The notes below the pieces were generated by a model. It did not search any database. It was given only the letters and a program-made list of their open reading frames with translations, and had not been told where the DNA came from. The translations under genes were made by a program, and so were the position numbers. From contig CAWETC010000033.1 in the NCBI GenBank assembly GCA_963811915.1, positions 3,632 through 67,631 of the forward strand: a DNA stretch of 64,000 bases, in the 5' to 3' direction. Shown here piece after piece: positions 47,904 to 56,375 of this stretch. How positions within the stretch are numbered: the stretch's first letter is position 1; every line of letters starts with the position of its first letter. This DNA comes from an uncultured Alphaproteobacteria bacterium (lineage in GTDB: Bacteria > Pseudomonadota > Alphaproteobacteria > Rhizobiales > Xanthobacteraceae).

Positions 47904-48674
47904 ATGGAGAAGACAGCAAGCAAGCGGGCGTTGCAGATCCGCTCCGTGATCTCGGTCCTGACCATCGTCGTGCTGTGGGAGGTGGTCGCGCGGGCAGGGC
48001 TGTCATCGCCGTTGTTTTTGCCGGCGTTCACGAGCGTGGTGGCGGAATGGTGGACGGTGTGTGCCGACGGCTCGTTGCCGAGCGATCTCCTCACCAGCCT
48101 TTTTCGCGCATTTGCGGGGCTGTTCGGCGCGACGGTCGTCGGCGTGCTGCTGGGCATTGCGATGGCACGCAGCCGATTGGTTCACTGGATGTTCGATCCG
48201 GTGATCGCGCTGGCGTTTCCATCGCCGAAGATCGCGTTCCTGCCGATCTTCATTCTGTGGTTCGGCATCTACAGTATTTCCAAAATACTGCTGGTTGCCT
48301 TTGCCTGCGTTTTTCCAATCGTGATCGGAACCTATGCCGCGGCTTCCGCGGTCAATCGGGTCTGGATCTGGTCGGCCTATTCGCTGGGGACATCGAACCT
48401 GGCTTTATTGCTCCGTGTCGTGCTGCCGGCGGCGTGGCCGCGGATCTTCGCGGCCCTTCGGGTCGCGCTGCCGGTCGCGCTAATCACGACCTTCACCGCG
48501 GAGATGGTCGGCGGGGGCGGCGGCATGGGCGCAACGCTGATGTATTCGCAGCGATTTTTCGAAAGCCCGACAGTGTTCGCCTATATCCTGACCATGCTGG
48601 TCGTCGGTCTCGTGCTCGACGCGATGATGCAGAAGATCCAGCAGGCCTTCCCGGCCTGGCATGGAAATGTGTGA
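47904..48674 (+). CDS. ABC transporter permease
   Basis: Paralogous to 47081-47875. 6 TM. Confidence 0.88.
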   Translation: MEKTASKRALQIRSVISVLTIVVLWEVVARAGLSSPLFLPAFTSVVAEWWTVCADGSLPSDLLTSLFRAFAGLFGATVVGVLLGIAMARSRLVHWMFDPVIALAFPSPKIAFLPIFILWFGIYSISKILLVAFACVFPIVIGTYAAASAVNRVWIWSAYSLGTSNLALLLRVVLPAAWPRIFAALRVALPVALITTFTAEMVGGGGGMGATLMYSQRFFESPTVFAYILTMLVVGLVLDAMMQKIQQAFPAWHGNV

Positions 48675-48768
48675 TGAAAGGCTTGAGGGAAGTCGTCAGG
48701 GAAGTCTTAAGTCTTCAAGAAAGTTTTGGGCGATGTCCGATCTTGCGACGATCGCGAGGGCGCGCCAG

Positions 48769-49752
48769 CTATTCCGCCTTGATCTTTGCCGCCTCGATCA
48801 CCTTGGCCCATTTCTTCATCTCGAGCTTCATTTGCGTGGTGAACTCCTCGGGCGTGCTGCCGACCGGATCGAGGCCAAGGGTTGCCAATCGCTCCTTCAC
48901 ATCCGGCAACGCAAGGATGTCGACGATTTCGCGCTGGAGCAGTGCGACGATTTCCTTCGGCGTGCCGGTTGGAACGAGAGCGCCGATCCAGGCGTCGCCG
49001 TCCAGCTCAGGATAGCCGGCTTCTCCGATGGTGGGCAGGTCGGGCAGCGCCTGCGAGCGGTTTTTGCTCATGACCGCAAGCGCGCGCAGCCTGCCGTCAT
49101 TGATCTGCGGCACGGCGGCCGACAAAGCGGCGAAGGCGATGGGGGTGTCGCCCGCGACCGCCGACATCATGGCCGGCCCGCTTCCGCCGTAAGGCACATG
49201 CACGAGGTCGAGGCCGAGCACGACACGGAATTGTTCGCCCAGCAGATGAGACGGCGTTCCAAATCCCGGCGACGCGAAGCTGTATTTGTTGGGGTTCTGC
49301 TTGATGAGCGCGACCAGTTCCTTGACGGTGGTGGCGGGCACCGAAGGGTTGACCAGCATGGCCGACGGAAAGTCGACGGCAAGCGTGACGGAATCGAAGT
49401 CTTGCAGCACGCGATAGGGAACCTTGGCGTAAAGGGTCGGATTGATGACGTAGCTGTTCACGGTGAGGAGGATCGAATATCCGTCCGCCGCCGTTCGCGC
49501 CGCCTGCCCGGTACCGATATTGCCGCCCGCACCCGCAATGTTCTCGATATAGAACTGCTGTCCCAGCCGCTCCGACAATTTCTGCATGATGAGGCGGGCG
49601 CAAACATCGGTGGGGCCGCCCGGCGAAAACGGAACGATCACCCGGACCGGCCGTGCCGGATAGGATTGCGCCCTGGCAATCGCCGAGAGAAATGGAAGGG
49701 TGGCAGCACCCGCTGCCCGGCGCAGAAATTGACGACGCGGAAGTCTGATCAT
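48769..49752 (-). CDS. tripartite tricarboxylate transporter substrate-binding protein (TctC/Bug family), orphan
   Basis: Tat signal RRQFLRRAAGAATLPF, YPARPVRVIVPFSPGGPTDVCARL, typical Bug-family N-terminus. No tctA or tctB adjacent. Confidence 0.9.
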   Translation of the reverse strand: MIRLPRRQFLRRAAGAATLPFLSAIARAQSYPARPVRVIVPFSPGGPTDVCARLIMQKLSERLGQQFYIENIAGAGGNIGTGQAARTAADGYSILLTVNSYVINPTLYAKVPYRVLQDFDSVTLAVDFPSAMLVNPSVPATTVKELVALIKQNPNKYSFASPGFGTPSHLLGEQFRVVLGLDLVHVPYGGSGPAMMSAVAGDTPIAFAALSAAVPQINDGRLRALAVMSKNRSQALPDLPTIGEAGYPELDGDAWIGALVPTGTPKEIVALLQREIVDILALPDVKERLATLGLDPVGSTPEEFTTQMKLEMKKWAKVIEAAKIKAE

Positions 49753-49810
49753 GTCCCGTCAGGTAGCACAAACTATGCCAATGTTTGTGCTCCTGAAGGG
49801 GTGAGTGCCG

Positions 49811-50533
49811 CTATGCCGCACTCCGTTCGGGCTCGTTGTGCCGTTCCAGCGCGAACGCGACCGCGGCATCGGCATGCAGCAGTGTTGAGTCGAATGTCGG
49901 CAGGTCGAGATGCTGGGGGCCGATCAGCAGCCCTATTTCCGTGCACCCAAGGATTACGCTGTCGGCGCCGGCCGCCTTGGCGGTTGCAATGATGTCGAGG
50001 TAGCGCTGCCGTGAATTTTCACGGACCACGCCGCAGCATAATTCATTGAAGATGATGTCGTGCACGGCGGTTCGGTCCTCCGCATCCGGCACCAATGGCG
50101 AAAGCCCATGCTTGCCGCGTAATTGCGAGAGGTAGAAATCCTGCTCCATCGTGTAGCGCGTCGCCAGCAGCAGCGGCCGGCGGCAGCCGGCGGACGCCAC
50201 CGCCTGTCCGGTCACATCAGTGATGTGCAGCAGCGGTATCGATACTGCGCGTTGCACCGTGTCGGCCAGCTTGTGCATGGTGTTGGTGCAGATCAGGACG
50301 CAATCGGCGCCGGCGTTCTCAAGGCTGCGCGCCAGCGTGGCGAGCACGGCCCCGGCCTGGTCCCAGGCATCGGCTTTCTGCAATTCGACGATGCTTTCGA
50401 AATCGACGGAATGCATGATTACCTTGGCGGAACGCAAACCGCCCAAGCGATCGCGGACGTTCTCGTTGATGCGCCGGTAATAGACCGCGGTGCTTTCCCA
50501 ACTCATCCCGCCCAATAGTCCGATCGTCCGCAT
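49811..50533 (-). CDS. aspartate/glutamate racemase family protein
   Basis: IGLLGGMSWEST, LICTNTMH, ILGCTEIGLL (two catalytic Cys motifs). Confidence 0.85.
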   Translation of the reverse strand: MRTIGLLGGMSWESTAVYYRRINENVRDRLGGLRSAKVIMHSVDFESIVELQKADAWDQAGAVLATLARSLENAGADCVLICTNTMHKLADTVQRAVSIPLLHITDVTGQAVASAGCRRPLLLATRYTMEQDFYLSQLRGKHGLSPLVPDAEDRTAVHDIIFNELCCGVVRENSRQRYLDIIATAKAAGADSVILGCTEIGLLIGPQHLDLPTFDSTLLHADAAVAFALERHNEPERSAA

Positions 50534-50620
50534 GTCTTTCGCCCTTCTGCATTCCGAGTGGCCGGACGATATCAAACTTATCCGTAAATGCTATAAAAAA
50601 TTTCTCATTTCTCCAATTTG

Positions 50621-50638
50621 TGAGCAAATTATTGCTCA
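50621..50638. promoter_or_regulatory. dyad TGAGCAA-N4-TTGCTCA in AT-rich divergent promoter region
   Basis: TGAGCAA (50621-50627) atta TTGCTCA (50632-50638), between the racemase (-) and ubiX (+). Confidence 0.4.
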
Positions 50639-50927
50639 TATTTCGATTTATGTGGTTCATTATCGTGATTTGAGGGATTTTTAGGCAATGTACGTCCAAT
50701 TTAGCGGCGATTCACGGGGGCAAAGCCCGGCGAAGCTTGCGAACAGCGCTTCCGATGGAATATCCACAAAGAGGTCTGGCCGGGTACTATCGCTGCGTCC
50801 GTCCCGGCTCGGGCGCGGCGATGGCGGGGGTATGCTCTGTTAAGGAATGCCGGCGCGATTCGGCGTCGATTTTGTGGTACTCCACCGATGTGCCACGCGA
50901 TTATTTACAGGGACTGGATCGTTTCCG

Positions 50928-52061
50928 ATGAATTCATCTCCGCGACGATTGATCGTCGGAATAACCGGTGCTTCCGGCGCCATCTACGGCGTCCGGTTGT
51001 TGCGTATGCTGCATCCGACCGACATCGAAACGCATCTTGTCATCAGCCGGTCGGCACGGATCGCGCTGACCCAGGAACTGGACGTCGCTATCGCTGACGT
51101 GACGGCCCTGGCCGATGTCGTTCACCAGATCGACAATATCGGCGCCTCCATTTCCAGCGGATCGTTTCGGACGCTCGGCATGGTGATCGCGCCCTGTTCG
51201 ATGCGAAGCCTCTCCGAGATCGCGACGGGCGTGACATCGTCATTGCTTACGCGCGCGGCAGATGTCGTCCTCAAGGAGCGGCGGCGGCTGGTCCTGATGG
51301 TCCGCGAAGCCCCGCTCCATCTCGGTCACCTGCGCTCGATGACGGCGGCTACCGAAATGGGTGCGATCGTCTATCCGCCGGTGCCGGCGTTCTATGCCCG
51401 TCCGGAAAGCCTGGAGCAGATGGTCGACCACACCTTGGGGCGGGTGCTCGACCTGTTCGATATCGAGACGACGGCAGTCAGCCGTTGGGGTGGACTTAAT
51501 TCGATCAAAAACGCGGGATTCATGAATCAGTCCCGGTCCGACCTTGAGGCTGACGGCTGGGCATTCGCCCTGCACCTCTACGCCCAGCCCGGAGTCGCCG
51601 ATGCCTGCCTAAGGCTGCAGGACGAGGCCGGCGTCGATGTCATGATGTTTCTTATGACCATTTTCGCGGCAGTCAGGCATCGCGTCTTGCTGACCCCTGC
51701 CGAGATCGGGGAACTGGACGAGGTTTGCCGGCCATGGCGTGAACAAATCGTCCAGCCGCTCCGTGCCCTTCGCACGCGATTGAAAACCGGACCGCTGCCC
51801 GCTCCGAGCAGTGCAACAGAGCCATTTAGATCGACGATCAAGGCCGCCGAACTGGCGGCGGAGCGGCTGCAAAATCAGCTATTGGCGGAACGCTTGCCGC
51901 TGAAGGCGCCGGAGCGCGATACTCTCGCTCCCGAGGATCTGCGTTCCGTTCTCCGCAGCGTGTTGACACTCGCTCTTGAGAAGCGTCCGGACAAACAACT
52001 CTCAGATCTTCTGTCCGTGGTCGACACGATCGTCGACGCGGCGATGCAAGATACGCGTTGA
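50928..52061 (+). CDS. ubiX: flavin prenyltransferase UbiX fused in frame to a DUF2390/TIGR02444-like domain
   Basis: N-terminal half: RRLIVGITGASGAIYGVRLL..MVIAPCSMRSLSEIATG..TRAADVVLKERRRLVLMVREAPL. C-terminal half from ~51520: GWAFALHLYAQPGVADACLRLQDEAGVDVMMFLMTIFAA. No stop between them. Confidence 0.85.
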   Translation: MNSSPRRLIVGITGASGAIYGVRLLRMLHPTDIETHLVISRSARIALTQELDVAIADVTALADVVHQIDNIGASISSGSFRTLGMVIAPCSMRSLSEIATGVTSSLLTRAADVVLKERRRLVLMVREAPLHLGHLRSMTAATEMGAIVYPPVPAFYARPESLEQMVDHTLGRVLDLFDIETTAVSRWGGLNSIKNAGFMNQSRSDLEADGWAFALHLYAQPGVADACLRLQDEAGVDVMMFLMTIFAAVRHRVLLTPAEIGELDEVCRPWREQIVQPLRALRTRLKTGPLPAPSSATEPFRSTIKAAELAAERLQNQLLAERLPLKAPERDTLAPEDLRSVLRSVLTLALEKRPDKQLSDLLSVVDTIVDAAMQDTR

Positions 52062-52090
52062 ACGGCCAGCGCGCCGGCGCCGTTTTCCTC

Positions 52091-52594
52091 TCACGATTTG
52101 TTCTCTTTGGCGGATCGTGCTGCCGCCTCGCTGCGCATCGCGAACTGCAAGGGCAATGCGGTGGTGAACTTGATCTGTTCCATCGCGAAGCTTGAGCTCA
52201 CGTCCCCCAGCTCAATTTTCTCAATCAGTCGTTTGTACACCGCATCGTAGCCGGCGATATCAGGCACCACGGCACGAAGAAGATAATCGACGTCGCCGCT
52301 CATCCGGTAGAATTCGACGATTTCTGGAATCGACATCACGATCGCGGAAAACTTCTTAACCCATGCGGCATTATGCTGATTGGTGCGCACGGCGATGAAA
52401 ACGGTCACGCCGACTTGCAGCTTCACCGGATCCAGCAAGGCGACGCGCTTGCGAATGACGCCTTCTTCCTCAAGTTTCTGGATACGGCGCCAGCACGGGG
52501 TCGGAGAAAGCCCCACCTGTTCGGCTATTTCAGCCACTTTCAGTGTCGCATCCTCCTGCAGGATTTGCAGAAGAGTAAAGTCGAGATCATCCAT
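52091..52594 (-). CDS. Lrp/AsnC family transcriptional regulator
   Basis: LDFTLLQILQEDATLKVAEIAEQVGLSPTPCWRRIQKLEEEGVI (HTH) plus an RAM/AsnC_trans_reg domain. Confidence 0.9.
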   Translation of the reverse strand: MDDLDFTLLQILQEDATLKVAEIAEQVGLSPTPCWRRIQKLEEEGVIRKRVALLDPVKLQVGVTVFIAVRTNQHNAAWVKKFSAIVMSIPEIVEFYRMSGDVDYLLRAVVPDIAGYDAVYKRLIEKIELGDVSSSFAMEQIKFTTALPLQFAMRSEAAARSAKENKS

Positions 52595-52918
52595 GCGTCG
52601 TCCCCGTCTACTAAAACCCGGCGCCAGAAGATTTGGTAACACAAATGCGAGATTTGACATATCAGGCTCGCCGCGGCGCGGAAGCAAAACGCGCCGAGCC
52701 CACCGGATCAGTCGTCGCGTATGCGCGACACGGCTTTAGGCTCGGGCACCTTGAGAGCCTTGTCCATGACGGGAGAAAGTTAGCGATGTTTGGCGAGCAA
52801 TTCCCGCGCGGAAGGAATGCAAGGCCAGCCGGCAACGACGAGTAGGTAGTTCCGGCAAAGCGAGGCCGCGTCTTGTTCCGGTCGCAACCGCACTGCACAA
52901 AGCTCATTTCTTGGAAAG

Positions 52919-53020
52919 ATATTGCTTAAATAACTAATATTGCGCGATTTTATGCCTTAATTTTACGCATACGCAGAAATAGATCTTGATATTATGTTGC
53001 CGTCTCAGCAAATATGTTGC
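52919..53020. promoter_or_regulatory. AT-rich region with four ATAT(G)TTGC repeats and a GCAA-N5-TTGC dyad
   Basis: ATATTGC at 52919 and 52937. TATGTTGC at 52993 and 53013 (20-bp phase). cAGCAAatatgTTGCg at 53006-53021. Confidence 0.35.
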
Positions 53021-53234
53021 GCTGGGGATTTCCAAAAGTTTGCCGGTTTTGTGGCAGATCGGTCGCGCCACTGGCAAAGGCCTAGTTGTGAAGTCATCCA
53101 GCGATGGGAAGAGCATAAGTTGGCTCGACGACATGCGGTTGCGCTGCTAACTGGCGTCTAACGGAGCACTTGGGAATCGCCTACACGCCTGTCTGACGAT
53201 TGTGGGTATGGTTGCAATTGAACGGGAACATGAA

Positions 53235-54251
53235 ATGTCAGAAACGATGAGAGCGCTGGTACTGCGCCAACATGGTGGGTTGGAAAATCTTCAGGTGGTG
53301 CAGGATCACCCTAAACCAAAGGCGAAAGCCGGGGCGGTGGTCATCCGCGTGCGCGCTTCCTCGTTCAACTATCACGACGTGTTCACGGTGCAGGGCATGC
53401 CGGGCATCAAGGTGCCGCTGCCGGTTGTTATCGGTCTCGATATGGCCGGCGAGATCGTCGAAATTGGCGACGGGGTTTCCGGCTGGAAAATCGGCAGCCG
53501 CGTTCTGGTTAATCCCTTGAACAAGAAAAAGGGCCTGATGGGCGAAATGCTCGACGGCGGCATGGCGGAGTATTGCCTGGTCGAGGCCGATCAGCTCATC
53601 GCCATGCCCGACGGCGTCACCTTCGAGGAGGCGGCGTCTTTGCCGGTGGCGTACGGCACCGCGCATCGCATGCTGATTACCCACAACACCATCCGCAAGG
53701 GCGACCGGGTCCTCATCCTGGGCGCCAGCGGCGGGGTCGGCACCGGCTGCGTGATCCTGAGCAAGCTGCTCGGCGCCGAAGTGATTGCGTGCGCCAGCAG
53801 CGCCGAGAAGATGGAAAAGCTCAAGGCGATGGGCGCCGACGAGGCGATCAATTACAAGGAAGTCGACTTTTCGAAATGGGCCATCGAAAAGTATGGCAAG
53901 CCGCAGCGGCGCAGCCATGAAGGCGGCGTCGATGTCGTGATCAATTTCACCGGTGGCGACACCTGGGTGCCGTCGCTGCGCTGCCTCAAGCGAGGCGGAA
54001 GCCTGCTGGTATGCGGCGCCACCGCGGGGCATGATCCGAAGGAGGATCTGCGCTATGTATGGAGCTTCGAACTGAAGATAATCGGCTCGAACAGCTTTTA
54101 TGAGGAAAACCTGACCGACCTCATGAGGATGATCGTTGAAAAGAAGATCAAGCCGGTCATCGATGAGGTTCTGACCCTTGATCAGGCGGCGGAAGGTTTG
54201 CGTCTCATCAAGGACCGTGAAGTCATCGGCAAGGTCGTCGTGGTGCCCTGA
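53235..54251 (+). CDS. zinc-type alcohol dehydrogenase / quinone oxidoreductase (MDR superfamily)
   Basis: MRALVLRQHGG, SSFNYHDV, ILGASGGVGTGCV Rossmann motif. Confidence 0.85.
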   Translation: MSETMRALVLRQHGGLENLQVVQDHPKPKAKAGAVVIRVRASSFNYHDVFTVQGMPGIKVPLPVVIGLDMAGEIVEIGDGVSGWKIGSRVLVNPLNKKKGLMGEMLDGGMAEYCLVEADQLIAMPDGVTFEEAASLPVAYGTAHRMLITHNTIRKGDRVLILGASGGVGTGCVILSKLLGAEVIACASSAEKMEKLKAMGADEAINYKEVDFSKWAIEKYGKPQRRSHEGGVDVVINFTGGDTWVPSLRCLKRGGSLLVCGATAGHDPKEDLRYVWSFELKIIGSNSFYEENLTDLMRMIVEKKIKPVIDEVLTLDQAAEGLRLIKDREVIGKVVVVP

Positions 54252-54369
54252 CTTATCCGACCTCCCCGACGCATTCGGGCGCGGGGAGGGCGGCGGAATG
54301 AGTTTTTGATTCCCGTCCTGCGAACCTGTTCGCCCAGTACAGGAGACGCGGACCAAGAAAAGGTTTGGT

Positions 54370-54789
54370 TTGATGAGTGAAGTCCCCAGCGTCGAAGACG
54401 TACAGAAGCTGATATCGCGCGGCCCTTTTCATCAATGGCTCGGATTGAAAGTCGTCGCGGTCGGCAGCGGCACGATCGAACTGACGGCGACCTGGCGCGA
54501 CGAGTGGGTGGTGAATCCCGATCGCGGCTATACCCATGGCGGCATCCTGGCGACGTTGGTCGATCTCACGGCGGACTGGGCCATGGTTTCCAAGACCGGG
54601 CGCGGAGTTCCGACGATAGATCTGCGCGTCGACTATCATCGCGCCGCGATGCCCGGCGTATTGACGGTCCGCGGTGAGATCGTGAATTTCGGCCGGCAGT
54701 TCTCGGTCGCGGAAGCCAAGGTCTTCGATCATGAGGGGCGTTTGCTGGCCAGCGGGCGCGGCACCTATCTGACAGCTCCGCCGGCCTGA
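54370..54789 (+). CDS. PaaI-type hotdog-fold thioesterase
   Basis: PFHQWLGLKVV, NPDRGYTHGGILATLVDLTADWA. Confidence 0.8.
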   Translation: MMSEVPSVEDVQKLISRGPFHQWLGLKVVAVGSGTIELTATWRDEWVVNPDRGYTHGGILATLVDLTADWAMVSKTGRGVPTIDLRVDYHRAAMPGVLTVRGEIVNFGRQFSVAEAKVFDHEGRLLASGRGTYLTAPPA

Positions 54790-54800
54790 TAGAGGTCGCC

Positions 54801-56369
54801 GTGGTGTCTAAAGCTCCTGCGTTCACAAATCTGGGTTCGCTGACCTCCGCGGGAAGCGATCTCGACAAGATCGCGATCATCGACTTGGGCACTGGTCACG
54901 AACGCCGCTTCAGCTACAGGGATTTCGAGGATCAGGCCAACGCGGTCGCCCGGGCGCTTACCGCGCGCGGTCTGATGCGTGGCGATCGGGTTGCCATCCT
55001 GTCGGCCAACCGCTTCGAGTACCTCACGACGGTTCACGGCATCATGCGGGCCGGATTCGTGGCGGTCCCGGTCAATTTCAAATTCCCGGTCTCCACGATC
55101 GACTACATCATCCGTGATTCGGGCGCCAAGCTGGTCTTCTGCGACGCCCTGCGTTTCGACAGCGCGCCCAAGGATCTGCCTCACATTCGATTTGACGGCG
55201 ACAACAGCGATTTCGCCGATTTCATCAAACCGGGTCCATTCACGCCGCTCGTGGCTGAACTTGGCGAGTCCGCGATGTTTCTCTACACGTCAGGTTCGAC
55301 AGGCCGTCCCAAGGGCGTCGTGCTCTCGCACCAGAGCCATATCTGGGTGGTCGAGCAACGAATGGCTGCCCAGGACACGTCGCGCCATCGCTTTCTCGTC
55401 GCAGCGCCGCTCTATCACATGAACGCGCTTGCCATGAGCCAATTGGCACATGCCGGCCACGCGACCGTGATCCTGCTGCCGCAGTTTACCGCACAACTCT
55501 ATTTGCATGCCATCGAGACGTATCGCTGCACATGGCTCACGGCGGTGCCACCGATGATCGCCATGATGCTGAACGACAAGGAGCGACTCGCGGCGACGGA
55601 TCTGTCCAGTGTCGAATTCCTGCGCATGGGATCGGCGCCGGTCAGTCAGAGCCTGCTGGAAGCCATTCACCGTGCGCTGCCATCCGCGGCTGTTACCAAT
55701 GCTTATGGTACGACTGAAGCCGGCCCTGTCGTTTTCGGGCCTCACCCGAAGGGATTGCCGCAACCGGAAATGTCGGTCGGCTATCCTCGCCCCAGCGTGC
55801 TGGTGCAACTCATCGGAGAGGATGGGAAACCCGCGGATACCGGTGTGCTGGAGATGAAATGCCCGGCGATCATGACCGGCTATCATAACCGCCCGGATCT
55901 TGTACCTCCCATTACCGCTGATGGCTTCTACATTACCGGCGACGTGTTCCGCCATGACGAACACGGTTTCTATTTCTTCGTCGGGCGCACCGATGACATG
56001 TTCGTGAGCGGCGGCGAAAATATCTTTCCGGGTGAAGTGGAAAAAATGCTGGAAACGCATCCTGATGTGATCCAGGCCTGCGTCATGCCCGTTCCTGACG
56101 ATATCAAGGGCACCAAACCGGTGGCCTTCGTGGTGGCACGCAAAGGAAGTAACATCTCGGAAAGCAGTCTGAAGGCGTTTGCTCTGGCAAATGCGCCCGC
56201 CTACCAGCATCCGCGCTCGATCTGGTTTCTCGACAGCCTGCCTTTGGCCTCGACCAACAAGGTCGATCGCAACGCGTTGCGCGAACTCGCTGCCGCAAAT
56301 TTGATGCGTGGCACCGCATCGGTGGCACAGTCCTTGAATGGTCGCCACAACAATACGGCACGGAGATAG
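54801..56369 (+). CDS. AMP-dependent acyl/aryl-CoA synthetase
   Basis: MFLYTSGSTGRPKGV (AMP-binding motif), YGTTEAGPV, TGDVFRHDEHGFYFFVGRTDDM, KVDRNALR. Confidence 0.88.
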   Translation: MVSKAPAFTNLGSLTSAGSDLDKIAIIDLGTGHERRFSYRDFEDQANAVARALTARGLMRGDRVAILSANRFEYLTTVHGIMRAGFVAVPVNFKFPVSTIDYIIRDSGAKLVFCDALRFDSAPKDLPHIRFDGDNSDFADFIKPGPFTPLVAELGESAMFLYTSGSTGRPKGVVLSHQSHIWVVEQRMAAQDTSRHRFLVAAPLYHMNALAMSQLAHAGHATVILLPQFTAQLYLHAIETYRCTWLTAVPPMIAMMLNDKERLAATDLSSVEFLRMGSAPVSQSLLEAIHRALPSAAVTNAYGTTEAGPVVFGPHPKGLPQPEMSVGYPRPSVLVQLIGEDGKPADTGVLEMKCPAIMTGYHNRPDLVPPITADGFYITGDVFRHDEHGFYFFVGRTDDMFVSGGENIFPGEVEKMLETHPDVIQACVMPVPDDIKGTKPVAFVVARKGSNISESSLKAFALANAPAYQHPRSIWFLDSLPLASTNKVDRNALRELAAANLMRGTASVAQSLNGRHNNTARR

Positions 56370-56375
56370 AACTGG

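Noticed and set aside
50621-50638. Sigma-54 promoter (TGGCAC-N5-TTGC)
   Set aside because: The TTGC spacing fits, but the -24 element reads TGAGCA and lacks the essential GG. The perfect dyad symmetry fits a protein operator better.
50576-50927. FMN or other riboswitch upstream of ubiX
   Set aside because: I could not find any of the conserved RFN-element blocks. The region is a mix of an AT-rich promoter patch and ordinary GC-rich leader.
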